Positions 19,171 to 32,196 of a stretch of 64,000 nucleotides of DNA are shown in pieces (the stretch's first letter is position 1; every line of letters begins with the position of its first letter). The notes beneath the pieces are model-generated. The model had not been told where the DNA came from, searched no databases, and saw nothing but the letters and a program-made list of their open reading frames with translations. The DNA is from an uncultured Methanomicrobiales archaeon (lineage in GTDB: Archaea > Halobacteriota > Methanomicrobia > Methanomicrobiales > Methanospirillaceae): NCBI GenBank assembly GCA_963697895.1, contig OY969100.1, positions 1,344,001 through 1,408,000 on the forward strand, in the 5' to 3' direction. A program made the position numbers and the translations under genes.

Positions 19171-20193
19171 TTATTGAGGGGCCGGTTCACCCTCGGATCT
19201 CTTAATCAGGGAGAGCTGGTCGATGAGTATCTGGTACGACGAGACGAGGAGGGCGATGAAGAGCGGCCCGAATATCAGCCCGGGTATTCCCATGATCGAG
19301 ATCCCGCCGATGATGGCGATCATCATGAGCACTTTATGAATACTGGTCCGTTTCCCCATCAGCCTCGGCCGGATGATGGACCCCGGTATATACAATACCA
19401 CTGGATAGATGACGACCAGCGCCACAAGCAGGCCCGTGAGATCTCCCGTTGAAAGGTTAAACAGGACAAGGAATACCATGACGAGCAGGGGACCGAAGAT
19501 CGGGATGAACATGGAAAGCCCGGTCATGATCGCGAGCTGCAGATACCCCGGGTACCCGAGGAAGTAATAGATCGGGAGGGAAAGGACGAATGCGAGGATG
19601 GCCACCTCCACACTCACGATATAGATTGCATACATGGTGTTGACGACCACCCCGGAGAGTTTCGTCACCGATTCGGTCAGCCTTCCCGGCAGGGCATCGG
19701 TGATCTGGCGGTATATGGCAGGTCCTTTCAGCAGGAACAGGTACAGGGAGAGGAAGAGGATGAATGCCTGGAAGAAGATCACCGGAAGTGAAGTCAGGAG
19801 GGGGATAAGTGAGTTCGTGACAAAACGAATCATGCTTTCGATCGAACCTGCCACTATTGCACCGGAGATGATCTGGTTGGGAGCGAGGGAGGACAGCCAG
19901 TCGGTGATTGTTTTGATCATGATAAAAATAAATCCGCTCCCCTCGATCAGGAGGATCGTAATAAAGGCAAGAGCGAATCCGATTACCAGCAATACCAGGA
20001 CCGTCAACAATCCGGCAGATCTGGCAGGAGACATCCGTGTCGAAAGCCTCTGGTGGAGCGGGTGTACCACGATAGCAATGGTCAGACCGAGGATAATTGC
20101 AACGGCAAGGGGGAAATAGATGATAAAAACCGTTGCGAGAATGAGGAAAAGGAGAACGATCGTCAGCAGGTCATATCTGAACGGGTTAGACAT
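19171..20193 (-). CDS. AI-2E family transporter
   Basis: 340 aa, multi-TM; IVVHPLHQRL, FIPIFGP, IIRPRLMG...GGISIMGIPGLIFGPL. Confidence 0.88.
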   Translation of the reverse strand: MSNPFRYDLLTIVLLFLILATVFIIYFPLAVAIILGLTIAIVVHPLHQRLSTRMSPARSAGLLTVLVLLVIGFALAFITILLIEGSGFIFIMIKTITDWLSSLAPNQIISGAIVAGSIESMIRFVTNSLIPLLTSLPVIFFQAFILFLSLYLFLLKGPAIYRQITDALPGRLTESVTKLSGVVVNTMYAIYIVSVEVAILAFVLSLPIYYFLGYPGYLQLAIMTGLSMFIPIFGPLLVMVFLVLFNLSTGDLTGLLVALVVIYPVVLYIPGSIIRPRLMGKRTSIHKVLMMIAIIGGISIMGIPGLIFGPLFIALLVSSYQILIDQLSLIKRSEGEPAPQ

Positions 20194-20387
20194 ATTCAGG
20201 TACTAACGCGGGTACCGTATGAGCTGCCTGCTGTTATTCGCTCCGGATGCGAAACGGAAGTTCCGCCTGACACCGCCGTCGCCGGTGAATTGATATCAGG
20301 ATGGAATTGATTCCGCATCACCGGTTTGCTCCTGCGCTGGGCTGCACGGGTATCCGGAGTTTGACTGCAAAAAAAAAAGATGGGAAA

Positions 20388-21183
20388 TTATGCTTCCTGA
20401 ACCGTACTTTCCCTTCTTCGGATGAACCGCAGGTCGACCGCGATGAATATGACGATGGAGATGAGCCCCATCCCGATCACCGGGTAGATCGGCTGGGTAT
20501 ACGTCGATAAGATCCCTGCCGAACTGAGCGACTGCATGACCCCGTAGCTGCCAAAGAAATTATGAAAGACCATCGTCGCATAGATGTCCCGCCCGATGAA
20601 GTACACGAGGCTGGTCGCGACCCCGAACAGGGAGAGGAATGCGACCATGCCCGGCTGGTTGAACGGCGGGCTGTGGGCGAAATGATAGAGGCCGAAGAGG
20701 ACGCTCGCCGCAATGATCCCCCCGATGATGGCCAGGATCCGTCCCCGGTCCTTCAGCGTGCCCTCGACGACCGACCCGATCACCGCCCAGCAGACGGCGA
20801 TCTCCGCGATGGTGACTGTCAATACCTGGGCATACACGTTGAACAGGACCGTCGGATCGAAGGACGGCGGGTTCAGGAGGAGCATCAGGACGAACCCGAG
20901 CACGAACGCGATGGAGATCGCGATGACCGTCCGTTTCAGCGGGCGGAACCCGGATGAATCGAGGGATATCGTCTTCGTATCCATTGCCTGCCGGATCACC
21001 CAGAGGGCGAGAAGAATGCCGATGAGGATGTTGGCGACGATGGTGTACGAGATGCGATCGACGACCGCTTCAGGCCTTAGCAGGGTAAGGATCCGGCCTT
21101 CCAGCAGGTAGGTAGAGATGACCCAGATGATGTAGGTCCCGATCGCAAAGGCGATGATCCGGGTTTTGGGGGAAAGGGGGCAT
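20388..21183 (-). CDS. CPBP/Abi-like intramembrane protease-family protein; start codon out of frame by one base
   Basis: Multi-TM; IAEIAVCW, SVLFGLYHFAH, MVFHNFFG. The ATG at 21183 joins the frame (MPLSPKTRII) if one base of the G5 run at 21176-21180 is removed. Confidence 0.7.
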
Positions 21184-21189
21184 GAGTCT

Positions 21190-21630
21190 GGGGGGAACTT
21201 CGTTTGTCTCACCTGAGGTTTCTTATGGTGTGCAATTTGGAAAAAAGTTTGTGATGGGGTTTCATGAGGGGGATCTGTTCCCGCAGTTCCCACGTGGGAA
21301 GCTGTTGGGTCCAGATCTGGGAAGAGGTTATTTCAAATATGGGGGGCTATTTCTCCAAAGCAACCCCATTACTAAATATTTTAAAGTGAAGTTCCCAAAG
21401 TTCCCGTACCGCGAGCGGGCGTTCAGGGAACATACCGAAAAAATGAAAATTGAGTTGACATGAGATACATGCTGCGCTTTCTTAATTATGGGAACTTGAC
21501 TGTATTATTTATTATAATATTTAATATTATTACTCTAATTAGTTATCGGGCCTATTTTACGCGATTCCGATCTGTTCCCAGTCAAGTTCCCAACCTGATT
21601 CCCAACCTGTTCCCATGGGAACTTGAGTCT
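21190..21630. repeat. origin-like array of GTTCCC(A) motifs in both orientations around an AT-rich core
   Basis: About 14 GTTCCC/TTCCCA/GGGAAC copies. Perfect palindromes TTCCCACGTGGGAA (21287-21300) and GTTCCCATGGGAAC (21609-21622). Perfect 14-bp inverted pair TGGGAACTTGACTG (21489-21502) / CAGTCAAGTTCCCA (21579-21592) flanks an A/T tract. Confidence 0.75.
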
Positions 21631-21797
21631 GGGGTGAGAAGAGATTAAAATTATTTTATTGAACAGATGTTAGAGGAGAGGATATCTTTTCCGTACCATC
21701 TACCTTCTTCAGCTCTTGGCATCCCCGGATTTCCGAACACAATGATGAAACAGCAAGCACGTTCAATATCGATTCTGAAAAAAAATATTAATCGAAT

Positions 21798-22835
21798 TTA
21801 GGTCTCTTTAATTACTTTAATTGCATTTATATCCGTCCATGAAAGATTTAGACTGCTATTCTTCAATTCAATATTTGAACTTTTTTTCTCAATTGTAAGA
21901 AATATTGAGACGTTAGGTTTGGGTTTATCATAATCACTGAGGGAATATGTCCAATAAATGTTATCGTTGTTAATTAATGTACAATTTCCAAGTAACTTTA
22001 TTCTTCCATCACTAGGTGATATATTTATAAAATATCCATAATTTGTACGCCAAAATATGTTATACTCAGAAAAATCCTTGGCTGTGATGTTTGAGGGCAA
22101 TAATCCAATACCATACGATCCAACAATTTGTGGATTGAATAACTCAACGTCGTATTGAATATTAATATCCTCAATATTTATTGGTGTATTTTCTTTTGGG
22201 GTAACAACCCATATACCATATATTGTCCAAACAAAGAAGACAATGATTAAGAAAACAAGAACTATCATTGTTCTTTTTTTTCTTTCCTCATATTTGATAA
22301 AAGCAGTCCAATAAAGGATTATTAAAAATGCGATTGCAATTTCATAATATATTAAATTACGCAATAGTGGGAATATGTTAGCTAAAAATATCGATGTAAT
22401 TGCAAGAGGAATAATGGTTGTAATGTAAAATAAAAGTCGTTCTGTATCACCAATTCTAAAAATTAATCTAAATATCGATAAATCTAATCGAAAAATCCCA
22501 ATTTCTTTCGGCCGTTCAATAATTGTTTTGATGAAAACATACCACATCAATATTAACAAAAATAATGAGTTCAATACCAAGGATGCGAGTAATAAAAATC
22601 CTTGAGGCCATGGAATTGCCGATAAATCGGCATAATTATAATAATAGATCTTTGCTACACTTGGCAATAGAACCGTAAGTGTTCCAATTACTCCAATAAT
22701 AACAAAATATTGAAAGTTTTCCTGTAAAAATATTAAAATAGAAAATTCTTCATGGGAAATTTTTGAATGGCAATTCGGACAATATTCTTCATAAGGGGGA
22801 ATGACTTCTTTACAATTCCCACAATAATATTTCAT
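21798..22835 (-). CDS. AT-rich membrane protein with N-terminal zinc ribbon
   Basis: YCGNC...YCPNC, ~5-6 TM, then a soluble C-terminal domain (WRTNYGYF...IYWTY). Confidence 0.75.
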   Translation of the reverse strand: MKYYCGNCKEVIPPYEEYCPNCHSKISHEEFSILIFLQENFQYFVIIGVIGTLTVLLPSVAKIYYYNYADLSAIPWPQGFLLLASLVLNSLFLLILMWYVFIKTIIERPKEIGIFRLDLSIFRLIFRIGDTERLLFYITTIIPLAITSIFLANIFPLLRNLIYYEIAIAFLIILYWTAFIKYEERKKRTMIVLVFLIIVFFVWTIYGIWVVTPKENTPINIEDINIQYDVELFNPQIVGSYGIGLLPSNITAKDFSEYNIFWRTNYGYFINISPSDGRIKLLGNCTLINNDNIYWTYSLSDYDKPKPNVSIFLTIEKKSSNIELKNSSLNLSWTDINAIKVIKET

Positions 22836-22903
22836 CTTTATGATAATTGTAAAGAGGAGAATATTATTTTTACTGAAATATTTTTTTATGATTCCTTAAT
22901 AGA

Positions 22904-23784
22904 GGCCACGATTATATACTAACCAAGGGTGGCCAGATGGATGAACCTGGAAGAACTGATGCGATATACCTCTGATGAGGAAAGTGAAGAAAAGTATCTG
23001 AGGGAACAAGGAATCCTCAAATCTTTCCATGAATGTCCGTATTGCCACGGAGTAAGGATAAACCGTGTGAGGAGAGCCAAATACAAATGCTATACCTGCA
23101 ATCGCGAATGGGGAGTTCGCCGCGATAGCATTCTTGAAGGATTGAGAGTTCCCTTTACCAAATTCCTTGTAGCGATCAAACTTTTCGAGATTGATACTTC
23201 AGTGCGGGAGGCTTCCAAACATTTGGGATTAGCCTATAATACCGTCTATAACATTCATTCTCTCATCAGAAAAGCGATTCTTGCGACGAATTCAGATGTA
23301 TCCTCGTTCTCTGGAGAGAATGAGATGGATGAATCCTGTTTTGGGGGAAGAAGAAGGGGGAAGCGTGGCCGGGGCGCGGCAGGGAAGGTACCGGTATTCG
23401 GGATCCTGGAAAGAGGAGGTAAAGTCAAGGTAGAAGTGATCACCGATGTCCAGGGTGAAACTCTCCTCGAGTCAGCCATTAAAAAGGTAAAACGAGGAAG
23501 CCTCATTCACACCGATAAATTCCAGAGCTATAACGGACTCGTCTCCTATGGATTCAAACATCGAAGAATCGACCATGGAAAGAAGTTCGCGAATGGGAAA
23601 GAGTATATCAATGGTATAGAAGGATTCTGGTCCTTTGCAAAGCAGCGATTACTGAAATATCATGGAATTGATGCTCAAAAATTCCCGCTCTATCTCAAAG
23701 AGTTGGAGTTTCGGTATAACCATCACGACCAAGATCTTTTTGATGATCTCATCCAAGTGTTAGTTAGATATAGTCGGCGTGGCT
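22904..23784 (+). mobile_element. IS1595-family insertion sequence
   Basis: Imperfect terminal inverted repeats GGCCACG..TATATACTAAC (from 22904) and GTTAGATATAG..CGTGGCT (to 23784) enclose one transposase; no clean target-site duplication. Confidence 0.75.
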
Positions 23785-23792
23785 TATATTGA
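22941..23792 (+). CDS. IS1595-family DDE transposase
   Basis: Zinc ribbon CPYC...YKCYTC, HTH, EMDESCFGG...GRGAAGKVPVFGILERGG, IHTD, INGIEGFWS, YLKELEFRYN. Confidence 0.93.
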   Translation: MNLEELMRYTSDEESEEKYLREQGILKSFHECPYCHGVRINRVRRAKYKCYTCNREWGVRRDSILEGLRVPFTKFLVAIKLFEIDTSVREASKHLGLAYNTVYNIHSLIRKAILATNSDVSSFSGENEMDESCFGGRRRGKRGRGAAGKVPVFGILERGGKVKVEVITDVQGETLLESAIKKVKRGSLIHTDKFQSYNGLVSYGFKHRRIDHGKKFANGKEYINGIEGFWSFAKQRLLKYHGIDAQKFPLYLKELEFRYNHHDQDLFDDLIQVLVRYSRRGLY

Positions 23793-23856
23793 GAACTCAC
23801 CAAATATTAATTTTCCATTCACCAAAGTTTTAATATAAAAGGCCTATTTTTATTTT

Positions 23857-24288
23857 ATGGCAATTAATGAATCAATTCTAATTTTGGACTATTGTTTTCC
23901 TCAATATATAACCACAATTGCACTAAGTCCAAATTGCACACAAGTATCAGAATCTTCATTATTCACCCAAATTTTTCCAATAATCACATTGATTATTGGA
24001 TCGTTTTTAACTTTTTTAGCAGATTTATTGTTTAACAAATTACAGGAGAGGAAGGAGCTAAGAAGATATGAATATGTATTAATCGACGATATTTTGGATA
24101 TTATTAGAGAAGATAATAAAATTGATTTGTTGGTTAAATTTTATAATTCACAGAAAAAAGACCCGCGTTTTTTTAAAATAAAACACTATAGTATAATAAT
24201 AGATTTTATTCAAACGACTATCCACGGAGACACCCCCAATCCAGACAATTTAAAAAATATTCAGAAAGAACTGTCAAGAAATATTTAA
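23857..24288 (+). CDS. hypothetical single-TM protein (island)
   Basis: 143-aa AT-rich ORF; one TM (IFPIITLIIGSFLTFLADLLF) followed by a charged helix. Confidence 0.65.
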   Translation: MAINESILILDYCFPQYITTIALSPNCTQVSESSLFTQIFPIITLIIGSFLTFLADLLFNKLQERKELRRYEYVLIDDILDIIREDNKIDLLVKFYNSQKKDPRFFKIKHYSIIIDFIQTTIHGDTPNPDNLKNIQKELSRNI

Positions 24289-24300
24289 TTTTTAAAAGGA

Positions 24301-24819
24301 TCAGTTCGAAATAATCGATTGAAAAATATTTGATAAATCTTTTGCTCTCATAATATTTTTTATTGTTATCTGATACTCATTATCATCCTTTTTCAATTCA
24401 TATAATATATTGTCATTAAATTTTGAAGAAACAGATATATAATCCATCATCTCCATAACCATTCTATTTCTATTTTCATAATCCGCCATGCAATAATTTA
24501 TAGAAATGTCGAATATTACCTCGGAATGAAAGAGATTAACCGAAACATCTTGCACAATCTCAGAAAGAAATGATAATTGTGCATTGAGGTCATGTCCTGA
24601 AATATTGTTTCTAATTTGCACAATACCACAAGTAAATATTTTAATTTTAAGTTTATTTGTTTCACCAATAAGCCAATCTTCCACTTTTTTATAATCGAGA
24701 TCTTCATAAGATGAATTATTAGGAACTATTTTCAAATTGTTTTCAAGATATGAGGTGATATCCGATTTTTTTAAAGATAATATGCGCGGACATAATGCAA
24801 TGATTTCAATTTTGGTCAT
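24301..24819 (-). CDS. hypothetical protein, third gene of island operon
   Basis: 172-aa ORF in AT-rich DNA, starting 3 bp after the previous stop. Confidence 0.7.
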   Translation of the reverse strand: MTKIEIIALCPRILSLKKSDITSYLENNLKIVPNNSSYEDLDYKKVEDWLIGETNKLKIKIFTCGIVQIRNNISGHDLNAQLSFLSEIVQDVSVNLFHSEVIFDISINYCMADYENRNRMVMEMMDYISVSSKFNDNILYELKKDDNEYQITIKNIMRAKDLSNIFQSIISN

Positions 24820-24822
24820 TGA

Positions 24823-25242
24823 TTATTTCCTCCTCTCAATATCATCGTCAGCTATTTTCCTCTTTGATATTCGTTTTCCTTGCGTGTCTGCAAAATCCTT
24901 TAAAGAATCAGCAAGTTCCTCTCGGTCGTGGCCAGTCCCAGATGTTGAGACTTTGAAAAATGAAGATTTAATTTTAGCTTTATTCGATGTTGGTGAGTCT
25001 GAATCTGGAAGATCTGTTAATGCTTTTGATGCAATCCGATCACGGGTAATATCGAGTTGTCTTCTTCTTTTATCTTGATCAGCTTCTTCTAAATATTCAA
25101 TTGAGATTAATTTTAAAATGCGAATGTGAATTTCTTCTTTCGTTGCTTTTGGGTTTCTAATGCAATACTCTTCGACAATTGACTCAAATAATCCAGGATC
25201 TTTTAAAATGTCATCATAAATGTTCTGGATATCAGAAATCAT
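24823..25242 (-). CDS. hypothetical charged protein, second gene of island operon
   Basis: ~139 aa from ATG 25242 (alternative TTG 25251), directly after the upstream stop. Confidence 0.7.
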   Translation of the reverse strand: MISDIQNIYDDILKDPGLFESIVEEYCIRNPKATKEEIHIRILKLISIEYLEEADQDKRRRQLDITRDRIASKALTDLPDSDSPTSNKAKIKSSFFKVSTSGTGHDREELADSLKDFADTQGKRISKRKIADDDIERRK

Positions 25243-25251
25243 AAAATTCAA

Positions 25252-26145
25252 TTATCCTTGATGCTTTTCAATTACTTTCTGAATTCTCTCTGCAACATCT
25301 GGGGAAAGTGGTACTTGTTCCGATAATTCTGTTGATAATTCCCCGAATTTCCCAAAATAATCCCGATAATCGAACATTAAATTACCAACCATTTCATTTG
25401 CCCTTTCGATGACCACACTCTCATTTCCTTCTTTAATGAAACTAACAATATCTGATATCAATCCAAGATTTATTCTTACGAATTCAATATAATCCACATC
25501 ATCAATTTTCCCAAATATTGCAAATCGAGCAGTGTGCTCGAAAGCTCTTATAAATAAATAGCTAATTATCGGAATCCTCCCTCCATGTTGATTTACTATC
25601 AATGCCAGTTCAGCTCTGGTTCTTTCGATGGGGATTTTTGATTTTGATAATAACAAACTTTCATTTGATGATAAAAAATTTAAGTAGTTAATAGTCGCTA
25701 TTTTAGAGAATTCGTAATTGTTTACGTAGATCTCTCTCTCCTCGGGAGCAACAAGAAATTTCCTTATGCTATCCTCAAATGTTATGTACGCATCCCAACC
25801 ATCAAATGGGGAATATCCCTTATTAAGGCAATCAATTAAAGTTTGGGTGCACTTATTTGCGATTTGCAAAGCAGCTTTTAAATCGTCAGTCAAGACAATT
25901 TTTGGTAATCCTTTTTTCGCGTGCGATGTTGGTTTCCCTTTGGATATAACTCGTATTTGTTCCAAATCAAATGAGATTTCTTTAATTATCAGACCAATTG
26001 ACATCAAATCTCTTTGATTAATTGCATAGAGATCTTGAAGGGTACGATTTCCGATGATATTTATTTTATCAAATTGGTTTGAGCTTAAATATGCTTTCAC
26101 AACTTGCAAATTTTCCTGTACAAGTATATTCGCATTAATTGTCAT
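25252..26145 (-). CDS. hypothetical alpha-helical protein, first gene of island operon
   Basis: ~297-aa ORF in AT-rich DNA (ATG 26145; alternative GTG 26154); no recognisable motif. Confidence 0.75.
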   Translation of the reverse strand: MTINANILVQENLQVVKAYLSSNQFDKINIIGNRTLQDLYAINQRDLMSIGLIIKEISFDLEQIRVISKGKPTSHAKKGLPKIVLTDDLKAALQIANKCTQTLIDCLNKGYSPFDGWDAYITFEDSIRKFLVAPEEREIYVNNYEFSKIATINYLNFLSSNESLLLSKSKIPIERTRAELALIVNQHGGRIPIISYLFIRAFEHTARFAIFGKIDDVDYIEFVRINLGLISDIVSFIKEGNESVVIERANEMVGNLMFDYRDYFGKFGELSTELSEQVPLSPDVAERIQKVIEKHQG

Positions 26146-26454
26146 GAATATCACGTATCTTTGGCTTATTGTTTTTTTCTCTATTTAACCTTTTTATACG
26201 AGAACTGTTAAAAAAAGATCCTTATCAAAAAAATTGAATATCTCCGTTTATAAATATTTGAGCCAGGTTTTTGCTCACATGTTACTCTAATATTCAATCC
26301 GTTAAAATATAGCGCGATGGCGTGAAACCTTTTCACTCCAATTTGGTACGACCGCTTCCGCTCTATGAGCCGAAATTAATACTGAAAAAGAGCCTCCGCT
26401 CCTCGGTAAAATCCAATAAAAACAATAATTCGATGCAATAATAATAAGGAAGGG

Positions 26455-26579
26455 TAATAGCAGCGCAGCTACAGTTCCCGAGGACTCGCGTACCTCAGTA
26501 CAGTACACTACGTGAGTCTGGCTTAACTGCTGGGTTCGGAATGAGTCCAGGTGTTTCCCAACTGCTATGGCCGCTATTA
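26455..26579 (-). rRNA. rrf: 5S rRNA
   Basis: Reverse complement TAATAGCGGCCATAGC...CATTCCGAACCCAGCAGTTAAGCC...GCTGCTATTA with complementary termini; ends +/- 3 nt. Confidence 0.93.
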
Positions 26580-26584
26580 CCCAA

Positions 26585-26656
26585 AGCCAAGGTCCGGACT
26601 TGAACCGGAGTGTAGTTGATCTGCAGTCAACCGCGTAGCCGCTCCGCCACCTTGGC
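26585..26656 (-). tRNA. tRNA-Cys(GCA)
   Basis: GCCAAGG acceptor stem, anticodon arm GTTGA-CTGCAGA-TCAAC, T-arm CCGGTTCAAGTCCGG, U73 discriminator, no encoded CCA. Confidence 0.95.
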
Positions 26657-26697
26657 AGCCGTGGATAGCCCTATACATTATGAAGTAGTATAGGCTA

Positions 26698-26735
26698 TAA
26701 AAGGTTTGCACTCAGAATTTCGTCTGGGTTTGACG
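26698..26735 (-). other. 3' strand of the 23S bulge-helix-bulge processing stem (partner at ~29661-29696)
   Basis: On the minus strand, AAAGGTTTGCACTCAG-GA-CGTT-AAA-TGGGTTTGACG pairs with CGTCAAACCCA-GACG-AAA-TT-CTGAGTGCAAACCTTT, giving a 4-bp helix between two AAA bulges. Confidence 0.8.
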
Positions 26736-26739
26736 TGGT

Positions 26740-29658
<2,919 letters not shown>

Positions 29659-29764
29659 TCCGTCAAACCCATTTAACGTCCTGAGTGCAAACCTTTACAC
29701 GGCATCTTCAGGTCGTTGACCTTCAGCCCTTCCCTGGTGACTCGCATCTCCAGGTGCATCGAAA

Positions 29765-29837
29765 TGGACTCAAGAGGATTCGAACCTCCGGCCTCCACCC
29801 CGCAAAGGTGGCGCTCTTCCAGCTGAGCTATGAGCCC
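29765..29837 (-). tRNA. tRNA-Ala(TGC) in the 16S-23S spacer
   Basis: GGGCTCATAGCTCAGCTGGAAGAGCG-CCACC-TTTGCGG-GGTGG...GTTCGAATCC...TGAGTCCA; G3:U70 pair. Confidence 0.95.
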
Positions 29838-29898
29838 TCTGTTGGCACCGGCAATTTTACAGTTTGTCCAGCAACCGCATCCCGAACTGTATTTCGTT

Positions 29899-31365
<1,467 letters not shown>

Positions 31366-31514
31366 TTCAAATGATTGCACACGCACTGAATACGTTCGAG
31401 GAATTAGCGGTTACTAGACAAATTTCCGCATTGCCAGTACCAACGTCAGAACCAAATACTGAGCGTGTCAGTAGTGCTTGGCTCCCCATCACAGAGGGTC
31501 ATAATGTTAGCTGT

Positions 31515-31535
31515 ATAGGTATTTAACCATTCTCA
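31515..31535 (-). promoter_or_regulatory. probable TATA promoter of the rRNA operon
   Basis: Minus strand reads GAGAATGGTTAAATACCT (purine-rich BRE-like segment + TTAAATA) ~155 bp upstream of the 16S. A second candidate, GCTTAAGTA, lies near 31655-31663. Confidence 0.45.
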
Positions 31536-32196
31536 TTCACCGGTTCTTCCGCGATTTCGCGGCCGGAGAATGCAGTTCTGAAGATCGGCCCGGAGAGAAA
31601 TCCGGATGCGGCCGATGTTCGTCATCACAGGGCTAACTTAATACGCTTTCTTACTACTTAAGCATGTTGAACCCGGATCACCCGGGCAAAATCCAGCCTG
31701 AATACAGCAGGGAATTTCATGCATCAGGTGACTGATCCAAACCAGCACCGGTGCCTCGCCGGCTTCCCTGGTTCTTCATCGCAGCGCCTCCATCTATACG
31801 GTTTTTGACTATATAATCGTTGCTTTGGGATCAACCAGGATCCGCCCGGATGTTCCAGTAAACGTTTCCGTATGTGATGAGGGAATACCCCGGAGATGGA
31901 AGGTTGAATATCAGGAACATGCCGGATCGTCCGTTTTTTAACCCACAAAAAATTGCCGGAATCATCCGTAACCTTCCTGCGTTCCCGTACGGAATCTGCA
32001 CCAAATGTAAACGGTGGATCGGATCGATTCCCCCCGGAGATACCGCGTGTTAACCCATCCCGGAGCTGGAGCCTTCTCCCTGTCACTCTCATAGACCGAT
32101 CCGGCGCCAGATTGACAACGATTACAGCGGCGCCGTAATGTATTCCAAAAAAATATGGGACTGTAGCTGCGCATCAACAGGAGGAGGATGTCCCGT

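Larger units (their letters stand above)
21200..26440. mobile_element. AT-rich horizontally acquired island abutting the 3' end of the rRNA operon
   Basis: Abrupt switch from GC-rich host sequence to strongly AT-rich DNA with unrecognised ORFs and an IS. No integrase or att repeat seen; boundaries approximate. Confidence 0.7.

Noticed and set aside
21200-26660. Intact integrative element or provirus inserted at tRNA-Cys/5S
   Set aside because: No integrase, capsid or replication gene, and no duplicated tRNA or 5S 3' end (att) found by eye at the far boundary.
32157-32172. GGGACTGTAGCTGCGC resembling the 3' part of the 5S rRNA
   Set aside because: Only a 12-bp exact match; compatible with chance in 64 kb.
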